Notes under the pieces: generated by a model | Database searches by the model: none | The model's input: the letters and a program-made list of their open reading frames with translations, nothing else | What the model was told of the DNA's origin: nothing | Assembly: GCF_000181795.1 (NCBI RefSeq) | Contig: NW_003526944.1 | Span: forward strand, 4,806,479-4,870,478 | Source: Trichinella spiralis | Lineage: Eukaryota | Direction of reading: 5' to 3' | DNA length: 64,000 nucleotides | Program-made: the position numbers and the translations under genes | Part shown: positions 27,071 through 41,437 of the stretch, in pieces | Layout: the number at the start of each line of letters is the position of its first letter | Position numbering within the stretch: the first letter of the stretch is position 1

Positions 27071-29502
27071 TCACATGCAACGCAAGTCGAACAGTTCGAT
27101 CACTTCCTTTTGCTTGCAAAGCATAAGCAACTGATTTCTGTCGACAAAGCACAGACTGGCGAGCTGCTGTGGTCCAAGTGAAGTCAACAATTCTGAGGAA
27201 CACTTGACCAAATCGGCGACAATCACATTGCCGGTTCTCCAGTTGCCAACGACCAGACGACCCTCCAACGCAGCCACACATATCGCCAGCTCACGAGTCA
27301 GTTCTGAGGTGCGGATTTCGGTGGTCTTGCGAATGGTCAGCGTGTCCAAGTTGAGAACGAACGTGACCACAAGTCGGTTGTGCACATCCGGGACGTAGAG
27401 CAGGGCTTCGGAACGGTCGACTTTGGCCGGCCGGTGGAACGCGGCCTTGCGATACGTGGCGCCGTGCTGGGTGTGCAACAGGGTCCATCGCTTGCGGTGC
27501 AGATGCAGCAGCCAAAGGGCGGCGGTTTTGTTGTCGCCGGCCGAAACAAGCACAAAACTTTTCGTCAGCGCCGTTATCCACCGGTACCAGCCGTTGGCGA
27601 TTTTCGGCTCTTTCGGACAGGCGATTTCTGCTTGCAATTTCAAATGACGACTGTCGTAAATTTGCACAATCCAGTCGGTAAAATTGCGCAACACCGTGGT
27701 CAAGACGAAGCGGTTGACACTGTCGTAGGCCACGCCCGCGCACTGGTCGTTGGCTTGAATCAACGGCTGGTACAGGTAGAGTTCGTCACTTTCGGAATTC
27801 AACAAAAACGTGTACAAGCCTTTGTGCACGCAGGTGACGTGTATCGCCTCCCGGTGTGCGTTGACGCACAAATCGCACGGTTCGTCCAACAAACCGGCGC
27901 CTATGTAAGCGCTGGGCACCCGCAGTGCGGGCTTTTTTCGCATCGAATTCATGCTAATCGAAAACAAAGCAAACTTGCCATTCTCAACGAACAAGCTGAC
28001 CGCCTTGTCCACCGGCGGTGGGTTGAAAATCACACCCGTCTGAGGCAACTGGCCAAGCAGTGCCCGGGCACGCAACGACGTCGGACTCATCTTGTACACC
28101 TCGTTCAACACGGACGCAAATCGACCCTGCCCCTGTTTCAAATCCGGACGTAGCCAAGAGCCGGTCAAGCCCTCTTGGCCAGCACAACCATCCCCACCAC
28201 CGTCTTGACTGCCGCCGCCGCCGCTCCATTCAACATGCTTTTCAGAGTTCAGCTCAAAAGCTGCCTTCAAATGTTCCTTTTCCGCTTTCAGACGTGTCAG
28301 TCTGGCCGTCAAATCGTCGTCCAATTCACGTTCCAACGCCTCGCCCAACTGTTGCACATATTCACGTATCAGACGTTTCTGAATCATCGCCAATTTCGTG
28401 TGCACGCGAGCAAATTTTTCCAATTGACATATTGAAAATTTCACCGGTCCAAGCTGATCCACTTGTTCAACACTGTGTCGCTGATGACTCAACACTGGAA
28501 TAGAGAAAAAAAAGCATTTTCTTATTCTCTTATTCCTGTTGTCCAAAATTATCATAAAATATAGGCATTATTTATTTGTACTTGCACATCATTAATTGTA
28601 AAGTATTTCCGGTAAACAAGATTTGTTCATATAAATTGTTTTGCAAACAATACTATTATTGTTTGCATTGTTGCAAAAAAATTTACTTTGAAAATTTAAA
28701 GTAAATTAATCAACTAAAACCACCATGTCAACACAGAGGAGATTGCAAAACTTTACTGCACAACAACTAACTATTATTATTATTATTAATCTGACATTCA
28801 TAAAGTGAACTAACACTGCATTTTTTCCATTCAATCGACTTTGCTTTTCCGCATACAAGTAAATTATATTAGCAAAGAACATAATTATAATGATTTTTTA
28901 TCACTGATCGAAGAGAGTTAATTCTCTTTCCTGGTTATTGAAAAAATTATTGATGTACTTTCAAGATATGAACAATTTTGCAAAGCAGGAAATCAAATTG
29001 GATCATTATTGTTGTTCTTTGAATTTGAATTTAATCTTTCAAATTATAGTGTCTATTTGAAAAATAAACAACAAAATGACACGAAACAATAAAATGGATC
29101 CGTCGACGAGGAAAACAATTTTAACAACACACGCATGTGGAAGATGAGATTTTTTGCTGAATCTTACAGATGTTGTGTGGAAAGGAAAAATGAAAAATTG
29201 AAATAAAATTCCAACCTACCCAAACAACGTTGACAAAGTATAGTGGCACAATCTTTGCACCAAATTGCGTTGGTCATTTCCACCTGACAGTCACAGTCGG
29301 AACACTGTAGATGACCACCGAACTTGCTGGTCAAATCTCCGACGCCGAAACCGTTCAACGTGGTCTCACGTCGACAAAGTGGACATTTGACGCACCGGTC
29401 TTGTTCGATTTTTTCCAAACAATCCGCGCAGAAAACATGCAAGCAAGCTAACTGTTTCAGCTTTGGAAAAATGTCGCAGCATATTGAACACTCCAACGAC
29501 AT
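27071..29502 (-). CDS. TRIM-like protein: RING, B-box, coiled coil and a probable beta-propeller (NHL-like)
   Basis: Exon 1 has a C3HC4 RING (CSIC..CLHVFCADC..CPLCR) and a B-box (CSDC..WCKDC..LCQRCL) that is completed after the intron (about 29219-28495) by HQRHSV. A heptad-rich helix and about 300 aa of beta-rich repeats follow. Confidence 0.75.
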
Positions 29503-29825
29503 TTCTCCAATGACACAACAACAACAACAACAGACAATAAAATTCTTTGTATTCTTTGTGGTGGTTGAAAAGTTAAAAAAACCAAAGCACTGCCATCACA
29601 AATTAAAATTTCTCAAACAGCTACAACTTACAACAACCACGCCACAACGACGACCATTGGTAAAAGAAGCAGCAGTATGTTCAATATCTCTGAAGCTTGA
29701 AGCTTCAACAGCAGCTGTCAGTTTGGCGTCGACCAGCTGCTCGTGTTTTTCTATATTTATTCTCGTCACTCTTCCACTCGGCCGCTTTCACTCTGGACAG
29801 CTTGAACGAGAGAAGCATGTTTGCT

Positions 29826-29889
29826 AGCAAGCAAGCCAGCCAGCCAGCCAGCCAGCTAGCTTCTCTCTTGCTTGGCTGGCTTGCTTGCT
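29826..29889. repeat. 17-bp perfect inverted repeat made of AGCA/AGCC units
   Basis: AGCAAGCAAGCCAGCCA (29826-29842) and its reverse complement (29873-29889), with a 30-nt spacer. Confidence 0.85.
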
Positions 29890-30296
29890 TGCTTTTTCTC
29901 GTTTCCAACTCGAATTATCTCACACGCAGGCACTTCAATGCTTTATTGCTAGCAAGCATGAAAGCAAATAACCAACCACAACGAGCTGCTTCTATTTCTC
30001 ACTCTCCTTCAACCTTCTCTCATTATTATCTTTCAATTCAATAGTCTACGCATGCGTATTTTTCTTTTTCGCATATCCTATGCAACAATTTCTACACTCA
30101 CAGCACAGTTAACAGCATTATTCTCTTCGATCCAAACGAACAATAATGAAAGTACTATTCATGTAAAAAAAAACAATAATTCAATCAATACAAAATTTAC
30201 ATTGGTAAGAATTTAAAACGATGCAGAAAAATTAAAATGAATAAAGCAAAAATAAAAAATAGACCGTATAAAATAATTGTGTGGATTAGGCAAATT

Positions 30297-33200
30297 TCAT
30301 TCCACTTTGTGACGCGTCCAACGAATCAACGTTTCCGGCGATCTGAACAAGAACAGCAGCTTGGCGAACAGGTCCACTTCCAGAGCGAAATCTTTCGCCT
30401 CTCGAGCCAAGAACACATCCTTACACAGTCTAAGCATCCGGTCGACATTTGGAATCTCGGATATTGTCAGCTCCATCGATGGAGTTATTGTCGCCGTACG
30501 AACGTAACGAGCCACCGCAAACACTACGACGATGTACACGCCGATGATGCTGAAATACAATTGGATAAATACAACAACAACAACAACAACAACAAGAATA
30601 AAGCTGTCATTCATGTTGATCTGAAAAAGTGAAAAACTTATTGGATATTTATTTTATGAAATTGTGTAAAATGAAAATAAATAATAATTCACACATGCCC
30701 TTACCCTCTACTGGTAAAATAGCTCAACGCTGACGGAAATACCCGATCGACGAATGCAATCATATTGATACCAGACCAAGTGATTGGTTCGGCCGCTGGT
30801 TCAGATGAACCAACAACAGTGTCATTCACCGTCAAATAATCAGCTTGTTCAGCTTCCATGTCTTGCTTGGACAGTTCATAGTGGTTCCACATTATCGGTG
30901 GATGGGTCATGGTCACTTGCCACCAGTGGGTCTGCAAACCAACGCCGGATGTTGGCCGATCAGTACTGACAGTTGCATTGTCATCACTATACTGCTACTC
31001 ACCGTCGTCGAATTGTTCGGCTGCTGCTGCACTTCGTGAAGACGTAAGTAAATATCCGAATAAGCGGCGCTGCTGTCCGAAGCGGACAAGTCGACCAAAC
31101 TGAACGCCGGATGCACGTTGCCCAACGCCGGTACAACTACCAACGATGGAAACGCCTTTTCAACAATCACCGCTGCGGACGATCCTGCGGTCAGTGCTTC
31201 GGCTAATGCAAGCCGAGTGTCTGAATTAGCCGCCAATTGCATCTGCCTGATGAACGAGTGCTCTGCATTCGGCTCTGAAGAACTTTGGGCTGGTCTGAAA
31301 TTATACAACAAACAAACAAACAAACAATTAAATAAATGAAACTTCTAAAATACCCCAAATACCTACCGTATATATTTGAAAAAAATTGTCAACGTCAACT
31401 CAGCAGAACTCTTCACCTGATCAATCAACGCTTGTTTGGCTGGATTCGATATGGTCCAAGTGGTATCACTGTCGACACGGAAAATCGTATGCACTGTATC
31501 GATTGGGCTGTATTCGCGCAAGAACGTACTAGCATGCTGTTGTGAATCAAATGCACAATTAAGCCATAATTTTTACAGAAGAAACAAAAAGCTCACCTTT
31601 GAAGAATAATTCAAATAAAGACTATCAAATTCAGAAGGAATCAATTGTCTAATAAATGGACCTTGGGCTTCTGATGTATACAAGGCCTGAATTTAAGGAA
31701 AAGACATAATGCACATATAAATATAATATTTAATCAAAATAATACCGGATAGCCTTCGATGGTGATTTGAAATTTCGCATTTGAAGGCAAGAGTCGCATA
31801 CCAATAGAATTAACTGTAGAAAAAAGCAACAAAGGAAGCCATAAAATTGCAACTAAGCCCACCAATATCGGCAAACCAGTGCAATATTTGTTGAAAGCAG
31901 TTTTCGGGTCACCCTTGCGTTGTACGTAGTCCTTCAAAAAGATTATAAACGATAAAAAATAATAATTTCACAAATTAATTTTCCTAGCAACCGACAAACC
32001 TTCTCCATCTCACGAGAACATCTGATGGTGTATAAGTGAGCAAAAATATTTTCCATGGTGATGTAATCCATAAGTGACATCGAAGTCTGTGTCCAGGTCC
32101 AATCGATCAATGAACGTAATTCGAACAAAAATGGCACTATTCGATAACTGGAATGAGCAAGCAAGCAAACAAACAAATAAATAAACAAATAAACAACGGA
32201 AAATAAAACATTAAAAAATTACAAACCAAGTAAAAAGTATATAATTGACCAAACCGTATTGCTTGGTCAAAAAGTTGCTCAACAACTGCGACGAATAGCC
32301 GCAACGAATTTGGACAGCAGATATCAACAAATAGATCCCCTTCACCATATACCAAAGCATTGCCGGTTTGTTTTTTACGGACATTCTTAAATGAATGGAT
32401 AAAAATAAATTTTTGAATAAAACTCTGAAACACAACAATCCTACCGTCCAGTTATTGCTGGGAGGACGAAAAATATCCAAATATGAGTTCCAAAAACAAG
32501 AAAATATTGGAAAATTAACTTCTTCAAGACATTTTTGTGCAAATAGATCGCTCGATCGATGATCATCAACACCATCAATGTTATCAGTATGATCACATAC
32601 GGCAGTGGAACTTTATTGGACTGAATATCAGCCACAACGTCTCCTCTACCTGTATCTACCTGAAATAGAAGCAATATGCTCAATTATGCATGCAAATATA
32701 TATATATGTATAATTGAGAATAAATTTACCCCAAAACTGGTATAGGAAAATGCGCTTATCAAAAAGCAAATAAAATCGCACAAAAACATCCAAGCATACA
32801 CGTCGGTAATATAACGAAACGGTGGATTGATCACTTGCTGGTAAAATCTTTTTATCGGATCAAAATAAAGCAATATCCTAAAAAAATTAATGTTCAATTT
32901 TTCACTGCAATAGAAATATGATAATTTTCATATTCGTTTCCACAAATCGTCTCACCCGTCCAAGAAGCCATTTTTGGTATCTGAAAATAAAATAAAACAT
33001 TTTTGTAAAATTTGACAAGAAAATCATTTTAAAAGCAATAACAATAAGAACAACAATAATGAAATTACCTGGATTTTCACAAGGTTGTTGTTGTATTGTT
33101 GCTTGCTGTTGTTCATCACCGGATTCTACTTTGCGAGAAATTTCTTTCATTTCGTAACTACCATTATTTCCCGGCTGATGAAAAGTAAAAAAAATATATG

Positions 33201-36200
33201 AAAAATCATCACAAAGAAAAACCCCACAACTAACTTCAACCACAGGTAGAATAACTGCTGGTGTTGGTTCCTCCTTGTTATGCTTGTCCACGTCGTCAAA
33301 GTTGATCGCGTCATCCATCGATTCTCGCCACAAACCGAGACTCTTAAAAAGCGGTTAACATAATAATAATAACATTATTAATGTAAGTGAAAATATATCT
33401 AATTTACTTTCAACTGATGTCGGTGAAAGAATAGTACCATCAACAGGATAACATCGAGTATTGCAAAATCCGCTTTCTTTTCAACGCCTAAAATTCTAGG
33501 CGGATAAAATGGTTCACTGGACGTGCTCAACTGATTCCAAGGAAAGAAACCAAATTGAAAAATGAACTTGATCACAATCATTGACTAAACAGACCAAAAC
33601 TTACAGCATTAATTGTATTACCCACCAGGAAAAATACAATACAATACAATACCTCCAAATAAGTGATCAATGTCACCCAGAACACTTTCGGGGGCCTCGG
33701 TGAGCAAAGCGTACCCCAGAGAAAGGCAAAAATTGGCAACGGCAAGGAAATAATCGAAGCGTTGAACATCTGATTCAAAATTATCATCAAATAGCAAACA
33801 ATATCCGTGTGCGAAATGATGACGTAATAAAGTGCGATGAAAAGTCGTCTCAAACATCCATGTCCTTCCCACAGATTTTCCACTTTCTCTTGCATTCTAT
33901 AAAATATGAAATTGATTTTAAAAAAAAGGGAAATTTTTTTAAATAAGAAAAATAATTTCTCGCTCTACTTGTCTAACCATCTTTCGGATGGTATACGGTA
34001 GATTTTTTGACCAATTTCAGTTTTGTTGATCAACTGCTGCAATTTGTCCGGGTCGAACATCATCGACAACTCATCGCTGAGGCTAGATTTCAGTTTCACC
34101 TTTTCGTCTCGCAACACGTAAGCAACGTAACGATAATCATAAGACAGATAATTGAGATAAGCGATCATGCGGTTCAACGTCGCCACAAGCAGGGTCTTCA
34201 CATAGCGAACCGTACCGGCAAGGGAACGTTCCACAGGTTTCTTTTCAACGTTGGGCTTTTCCTCTTTTTGATCCGGTAATTTCGTTTTCAAACTTCCCTT
34301 CCCTTCAACCTTATCCGCAATGCGTCCCAACGGCAAATCACTCGTCACAGCCATGTGAATCATCTTTGAATTAAACAAATAAATTAACACAAATGATCAA
34401 ATTTAGAAAAAAAAACAATTACTTGCAAAGGACCAACTCCATCGTCATCCGATTCATGCGGAGTCTGCTGCATTGGAGTCTGCTGTGCGTCGATCATGTC
34501 CAACGCTGAATCGTACTCGAACATGTAATAATCGCCGGCACGTTTCGCTGAAAATTATCACTTCAAAGCAACCAACCAAATGCAACAGAAAAAAATATTG
34601 AAATAAACAAAACCTTCGTTGTAAGTTTTTGGATCGTAATATTCGTTCTCTTTCAAATGGCTCAAATAATTGGCTCGAATCAGTTCGGTTTTTCGCTTCA
34701 CCTTTTCCACCACTTCACTTTCCCTCTCCTGTTGCTTGGTCATCGTTTTCCAAATCAGCTGACCAATCAGCACTGCACCTCTGTTAGACAAAAACGATAA
34801 TCAACCAAACGATAACAAATTAATCACACAAATTAATTACCTGGCGCTGAATACTTGCTCAGCTTTGAATTCAACGACCACATGTTTGAAGTACCAGCTG
34901 TTCAGAATTCGTAATTGGAAAATTAAAAATGCAAAACAAACCGTATCGTAGAAAATTTGCGCTTGATCCGGCACAACTTTACAATCCGGTGATAAACCTT
35001 CTTCAACACATAATACTACTTTTAATTAAATAATTAAATAAAAAAATTTTGTACCTTCGTGGTCTGTACGAGAATCGAAACCAGAATGAATGCAAGCTAT
35101 GCTCAAGAATTGTACAATGCTGGGCGAAAATGAACAAATTGATGACAAATAAACGCATCCAGGAATCTAATCGAACACAAGTATGAATAAATGATGATAA
35201 GTCACGGTTAAATTTTCATCTGAATTCAAACACAAAAAAAACATCATAAGTGAATAATACCTGCAACGCTACTTTCATCAAAATTGTCAAAACGTTGAAA
35301 TATACTAAAGCTTTCCATCTGAAAAAAAAACATTGTTTTCGAAAGCAAAAAATTCAAAAAAGAAAACAAACAACAACATACTGCTTCAGATAGCCTTTTG
35401 GATTGGTGAGAAAAATGTCGTTGCCTTTCCACAAGAAGCAGAACGCGGCCATCAGATAGCCGAACGTGAAAGCGGATATGCCGCCCACACCGGCGGCGAG
35501 TACCGCCAGTAACGTCAGCCAGTGAAAGTATTGGAAGATGACAATTTTCACCACGTCCAAAGCAGAACTACATCTGGTGATGAAATCCGGGATCCGTTGA
35601 CCGTCGAGCTCATTTTCAGGGCCATCCAAGCTGGGGGTGACGAACGACCAATTGGCAGGTTCGTTGTCGTCAATGACTGGATGATTCGGTCGTTTGGATA
35701 CCAGCAGCTTAACGGCCCGCTTCCGTTCAATGCGAAAAGCGTACAGCTGGCATATTGAGAAAAAGAACACGGCAACGTCGGCGATCAGGAACGAAACATG
35801 CGGTCTGTGCTTGAAATCGGGCAAATAGAGCCACTGGATGAGTTTCAAGTCGAAATTCCAAGGATAGTTGAGGCAAAGATTCGGCGGCAAGCCGACACAG
35901 ATTCCATACTGAAGCAAAATGCTCACCCCGAAACAAGCGCAAACCATGTACCAAACATTCGCCAAAGCACGTCTTTGTAGCATAAGTGAAAATAACAAAA
36001 TCAGACCGTAAAATAACGAAAACGCATCCATGCGAATCGCAATTGAAACCGTAATCAAGATATAAGTTAACTGCAAAATGAAGTAATATACAGTACTCTG
36101 ATGAGCAGGGTAAAAATATGAAAAGAAAACAAACAAACCTCAACACCGAATTTGTAACATCCATAATTGGCCAAAAATTTCAAACAACTTATCAGACCTT

Positions 36201-37755
36201 TGTCAGCATCGTTGCGTGTACAATTTTCAAAAATGATCCCATCTTCAGGTTCGCTGACTTTGCTCACGGCCCTGGTGTACTGCTGCCGTTGGTAAATGAT
36301 CGTCTGCAGCGCCAGCAAAATGAAAAATACCACATAATTCTAAAAATATTTTTTACATTATTTGAAAAAATACCAAACAAAAAAATTATTATTTTTTTCC
36401 AAACAAACTTACCACCAAGTAAAAAGCAATATTATCTGTTTTTTCAAATCCAGTCCATTGGAACAAATTTTCCAAAATTGTTTGATTATTCATCGCATCA
36501 TCCTGAAACGTTTGAAAAATTATGAGCACAACAATTGCTGATTGAATAGTAAATAAATTGATCTACTCACTGAACAGTATGGAAATAGGATGGGAATTTT
36601 CGAAATGTCAAAAATATGCAACTGGAATATCATTTTTGCTAAAACGATCACCCCAGCCCAAACGCAAGATGCAAAGCAAAAGCAAGAATACAATTTCCGG
36701 AACGTCAACATTAGAACGGATAAAACTGGGAAAGCAAAATTGATAGCGTTCACCTAGGAAAAAAATTGTTTAATAAAAAATTTTAACATTTCAAAATTTC
36801 CCTCACCTCATCTATAGCCAAATACATGATGAACAGTGGAATAATTTTGTTGAAATGCACTTCAAGAATTCGCCAAATATGCTCTACAAAGATTTTCAAA
36901 CGAAGACAACAACGATCATACCAAACACGTTTTGGTTGTTGATCTAAAACCAATTTCATTTTAATTAAAAAAGAATTAAATCTCAAAATTCAAAACAATA
37001 ACAACAACAACAAAATCTACCTGAATCATCCGTAGCTGACATGCAGGTAACATTTGGATTGATGATGACGTTCAAAAATGTGTCGTGGAAAAATTTCATC
37101 TGCAATATGACAACTACCAAAAATGATATTGGTCTGGAAAGATGCAAGAACAAATTTCCACTCGTATACGTAACCAAACCAAAGTCTTGAAATCTGAACG
37201 AAAAAAAACAAATAAACAAACAAACATTGTAATAAACAAATTTCTTGTATAGTACGTTTCGTTGGGCCAATTTGTCCAACGGTACCAAATTTCCGGAACG
37301 TTGTGAAATTGAAATGTGTAGACAATCATCAGCACAAATACACTGTACGCGGTCAACAGTACCCAATATGAAAATAACATTTTTTTCCAATATTGGAACG
37401 ACATCTGCATTAGAATTAAAAATTAATCAACACGCAAATAAATGAAATGATAACTTACAGTAACAAAGCTGATAAAAACTAGAAAAAATGCCATGTAGAG
37501 GATGTTGTAAACAAATACGGGGCGTCGAATAGATATCATAAGCAAGACGAAGCAGACTACGTAAATCCAATACTTCGGAAGTAGACGGGTGATGTGAATC
37601 CTCATGTTCTTTTTGGTGGTCACGTTGTCATTGCCGTCACCTTGCACAGAACTCGAATCGACGCCGAAATTTTTCATCTTCTTCTCTTTCATCAACAGAC
37701 GTATTGTAATGTAACAAAAGAACGTAAGCAAAAGCTGAACAAATTTAAACCATCA

Positions 37756-37790
<35 letters not shown>

Positions 37791-40700
37791 AATTAACATA
37801 CTTTGACCGTGAGTGGTTCTGCCGGATGATCGGAATCTTTCGACAAACCGATTTGCTTCAACGACACTGCAGCCACTTCATCAGGCAGCTCGTCATTGGT
37901 TAAATTGAGGCCGTAAATAAATTGAAAAACAAGCAGTACCTTGAATTTTTAAAATTTTTTAAAGAAATTTCAAAAAATAAAAAAAACAATAACAAACACC
38001 TGCGAATAGGCGATGATCAATGGTGAAAGCAACATATAAGCTTTGCGGCTATCGTGGTATATCCAAATACCGCAGGCCATGACTAGCCAAACGAACGACA
38101 GCCAACTGTGATAAATCACAGCCCAAGCCATCATCACCATCAATGAAAAGGTGAAAAAGTTTCGCAACAACAATGGCAATATTTTCCTATAAAGTTTGTA
38201 CCACCGGGATGGGCAGAGCAAACGCGACGTGGTATCGTAATTCGCCATATTGGCATCAGTTGTCGGTTCGCGCTCATTATCCCAATTTAAATTAATAAAA
38301 GGGCCACTCTGAAACAACAACAAATAATATTTCAACAAGTATAATAATAAATTCCCATTTTTTATTGGAAATATTAAAAAGATATTATAAATATAAAAGA
38401 ATTAGGAAAGAAAACAAGGGAAATTGTCAAGCAGTAATATAAGTAACTAACCACCACCCAGGAGTATGTTTTCAAATGCAAAACAATACCAAAACTTATT
38501 ATAATAAATAAAAAAAAACTCTTTTCCAATTTTTTGATTTAACAAATAATCAATTGCTGCATAATTATCACTAAGTGACGCTTACGTCATCTTTGGCAGA
38601 AGGAGAGTCGCTGATCAAACTTTCCATCGATGTATGCCGACTAAGCTTGCCAGAATTGAAACGAAGTTTAGAAGAAGCCTAAGATTGAATAACGAAACGA
38701 TTTTTACTTTACATGCAAGAAGAGGGGAAAAATAACCATGCCGCACAATAAGCCAGACAATACCAACGTGCTCATCTTTTTTTTATTACAGTAGTACTCG
38801 ACAAATCGTGCTACACTAATACTTTTTTAAATGTAATAACGCAAAATATAGATTTAATTTGTTACGGACATATTTGTTTTAATTCTTTTCTCTGTCTGTT
38901 TACTTAATTTATCAATTTTGCAAAACAGATGAATATATCTTCCAAAATTTCTACATGAAAGTATGAATTTCAAATGCTTGTCTGATGAAATGAAAAAATA
39001 AACTGAAACATTATGAAATTGCAAACCACTACAGCTAAAATTCTGTATTTTAAAAACTGGAAACTAATCAATGCATTAATTCAAAACTTTCGACATTTTT
39101 CGTTAGTCTTATTTTAAAACTGACGATTCAAGAAAACAATATTGTCCCATTCGTCTCTACATCTAAATTTCAATTAAATAGAAAATATCAAAATGTTCCC
39201 TTTAACTTCATGTTTCGTTATGACAAAAATCCAATCTTAACAATAAAAATCATGAGATACTTTTAAAAAACTGCTTTCATAAATACAATTTTCATTTTCT
39301 TTCTAAATTTCAACGATCTACCTAGTGAATAAAAAACATAAAGTAAAAACAATGATATTTTGAAAAAAAGTACTTTTAGTAAAAAAACACCGTGTGATTA
39401 AAAACATAGATGCATGCACATGATAAAGTTTCATTATTAAATAAAGCTCTACTTTGCGCTATTTACCATGCAAGTGACACTTAACTTAGCAGCTGCCACA
39501 ATATGAATAAATACTTAAATAAAAAATAATAATAAAAACAACATTTTACCGAATCTAAATATGCAATTGAAAAGTACAAGATGAATAGTGAAATCGGATA
39601 TAGCCACACTTCCGCAGGAATTTCGGGTAACAATTTTTCACCAGTCCAAATTTCACCAGGATTACAAGAGCTGTTTAAGTAAGCCTTCATTCCAATCAAC
39701 CTAAAATGTCTTTATTTATTCGTTTACTTTTCAACATGTGCAACTTCACCTAGCAGGCAGATCTTCTGGTGGAAAATGCTTTTGAATAGGCCACAACTGA
39801 TATAAATATAATGCTGACAAATTGAAAGCAGTGTAAAAAGAGATTGTATGGCTAATGTGTTTAAAACATGAATTATTCAAGGAAATATCAAGAGCCCATA
39901 TGAACAATGATAATATCAACACCAAAAAATATATCGATGTAAATAAACATGGGTGCGCAACAGCTGCAATCCAAAGAGCCAAAATTACAATAAAACGTGG
40001 GAGGGATTCGATATTAAATAAATCAATTCCAAGTAACGACGCGCATGTCATTCCTGAATCGGTAGATCTTCTAAACGTAGTAGCATTATTTTCATTACCA
40101 GTTGTCAAATGCAACGGTATAATATCATCCTCTTCAGAGCATTGACGTCTTAAAGACAATTTAGCTATAATCACCGTTGTTACCGCCGTCACAAACACAA
40201 TAATTTCTGGCAAAAAAATTCGTATTTTATTGAATAAATTCAGATTATCCAATCTAAAAGATATCATCATTATAAACAAAAACAGCAAACAACTGTCTCA
40301 AAATACTGAATTATCACCTTTCAAAACCAATCATACGCAACTCTGGCTCCCATCCTTCGCAAGTCACAAGCCATTCATTTACTGAAGAAGAAACATTAAG
40401 TGTTACATGAAAGCAAGTTTGAAGAGCTGCAAATAAAACAGGAAACGTTGAAGCAATCTTCAGATAGCAGATGGTCGATTCTAAATAAAACGTATCAACA
40501 AATAATCATTATACAGTTTATTCTAAAGAAATTCAAATGATTCTATTAAAAAAATATTTACATTTAAAAAAATCTTTGCAGATATATAAATTAATGCTTC
40601 ATTTCACTAACTAAATTATTTCTCTCAATGCTGCATTAAAATCAGAAAAGATGAACGAACAAACTAACATAATCGTGCAAATTTCTTATTTTCAAATAAA

Positions 40701-41437
40701 AAATTAACCTAAAAATTTTAAAATAAATTTTATAAAAGCAATGTTTATGAATAAAATGAATGAACACCAATTGAAATAAAATGTTATAAGCAGCAAAGTT
40801 GAATGAAGGTTTTCAAATTACCGTTAACTTCAGTAAAATATTTAATTGGAAATAAATAAAAAATCACAAAAATGAATAAAAAAGCCCGTTCAAAGAAACA
40901 ACTATTCAGATGTCATGATGTGAACATAAAAAAACATCATGTTCGCGTGAATTACATTCAATTAATGCATGCATGAATGGAATTAAGCGTGGCGACAAAG
41001 ACAGCATTATAAAAAGCGGCTTTGAATTATGCATTCAAGTAAAGTAATATAATTTATCATGCGCCTATTATTTCTATGCATAAAATTCAAAAATAAACCC
41101 AAATCAACTTTATTAATAAAACTGTTCTCATTCTTAAAGAAGACGAAATGCAAAAATTTCAAAACACTTTTCGGCATATAAAAATAATGCTATCAATTCA
41201 AATAAGAATAAGAATAAAATAAAAAATTGCTTACTTTGAACTTCATGTTTCTTCACAGGTTTAAACACTGCCCAACAGAAGAATAAGATCAAATAGAAGA
41301 AGGACAATAATGAAATACGTATGACACTTGCTAAAGTATATAGAAACACGTTACAATCTCAAGGGAAACACATCGTGCTTACCAATAAATAGAGAAACTG
41401 GAAAAATAAAAAAATAAAACACTACAAAAGTAAACAT
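30297..41437 (-). CDS. PIEZO: Piezo-type mechanosensitive ion channel, many exons
   Basis: Many hydrophobic exons; [41 protein letters not shown], the PFEW motif [15 protein letters not shown], and the C-terminus [23 protein letters not shown] at 41437 splices in frame to [10 protein letters not shown]. Confidence 0.96.
37755..37791. repeat. (AAAT)n microsatellite in a Piezo intron
   Basis: About 9 tandem units. Confidence 0.9.

Noticed and set aside
27204..28503. Overlapping plus-strand ORFs up to 257 aa
   Set aside because: Antisense to a GC-rich coding exon.
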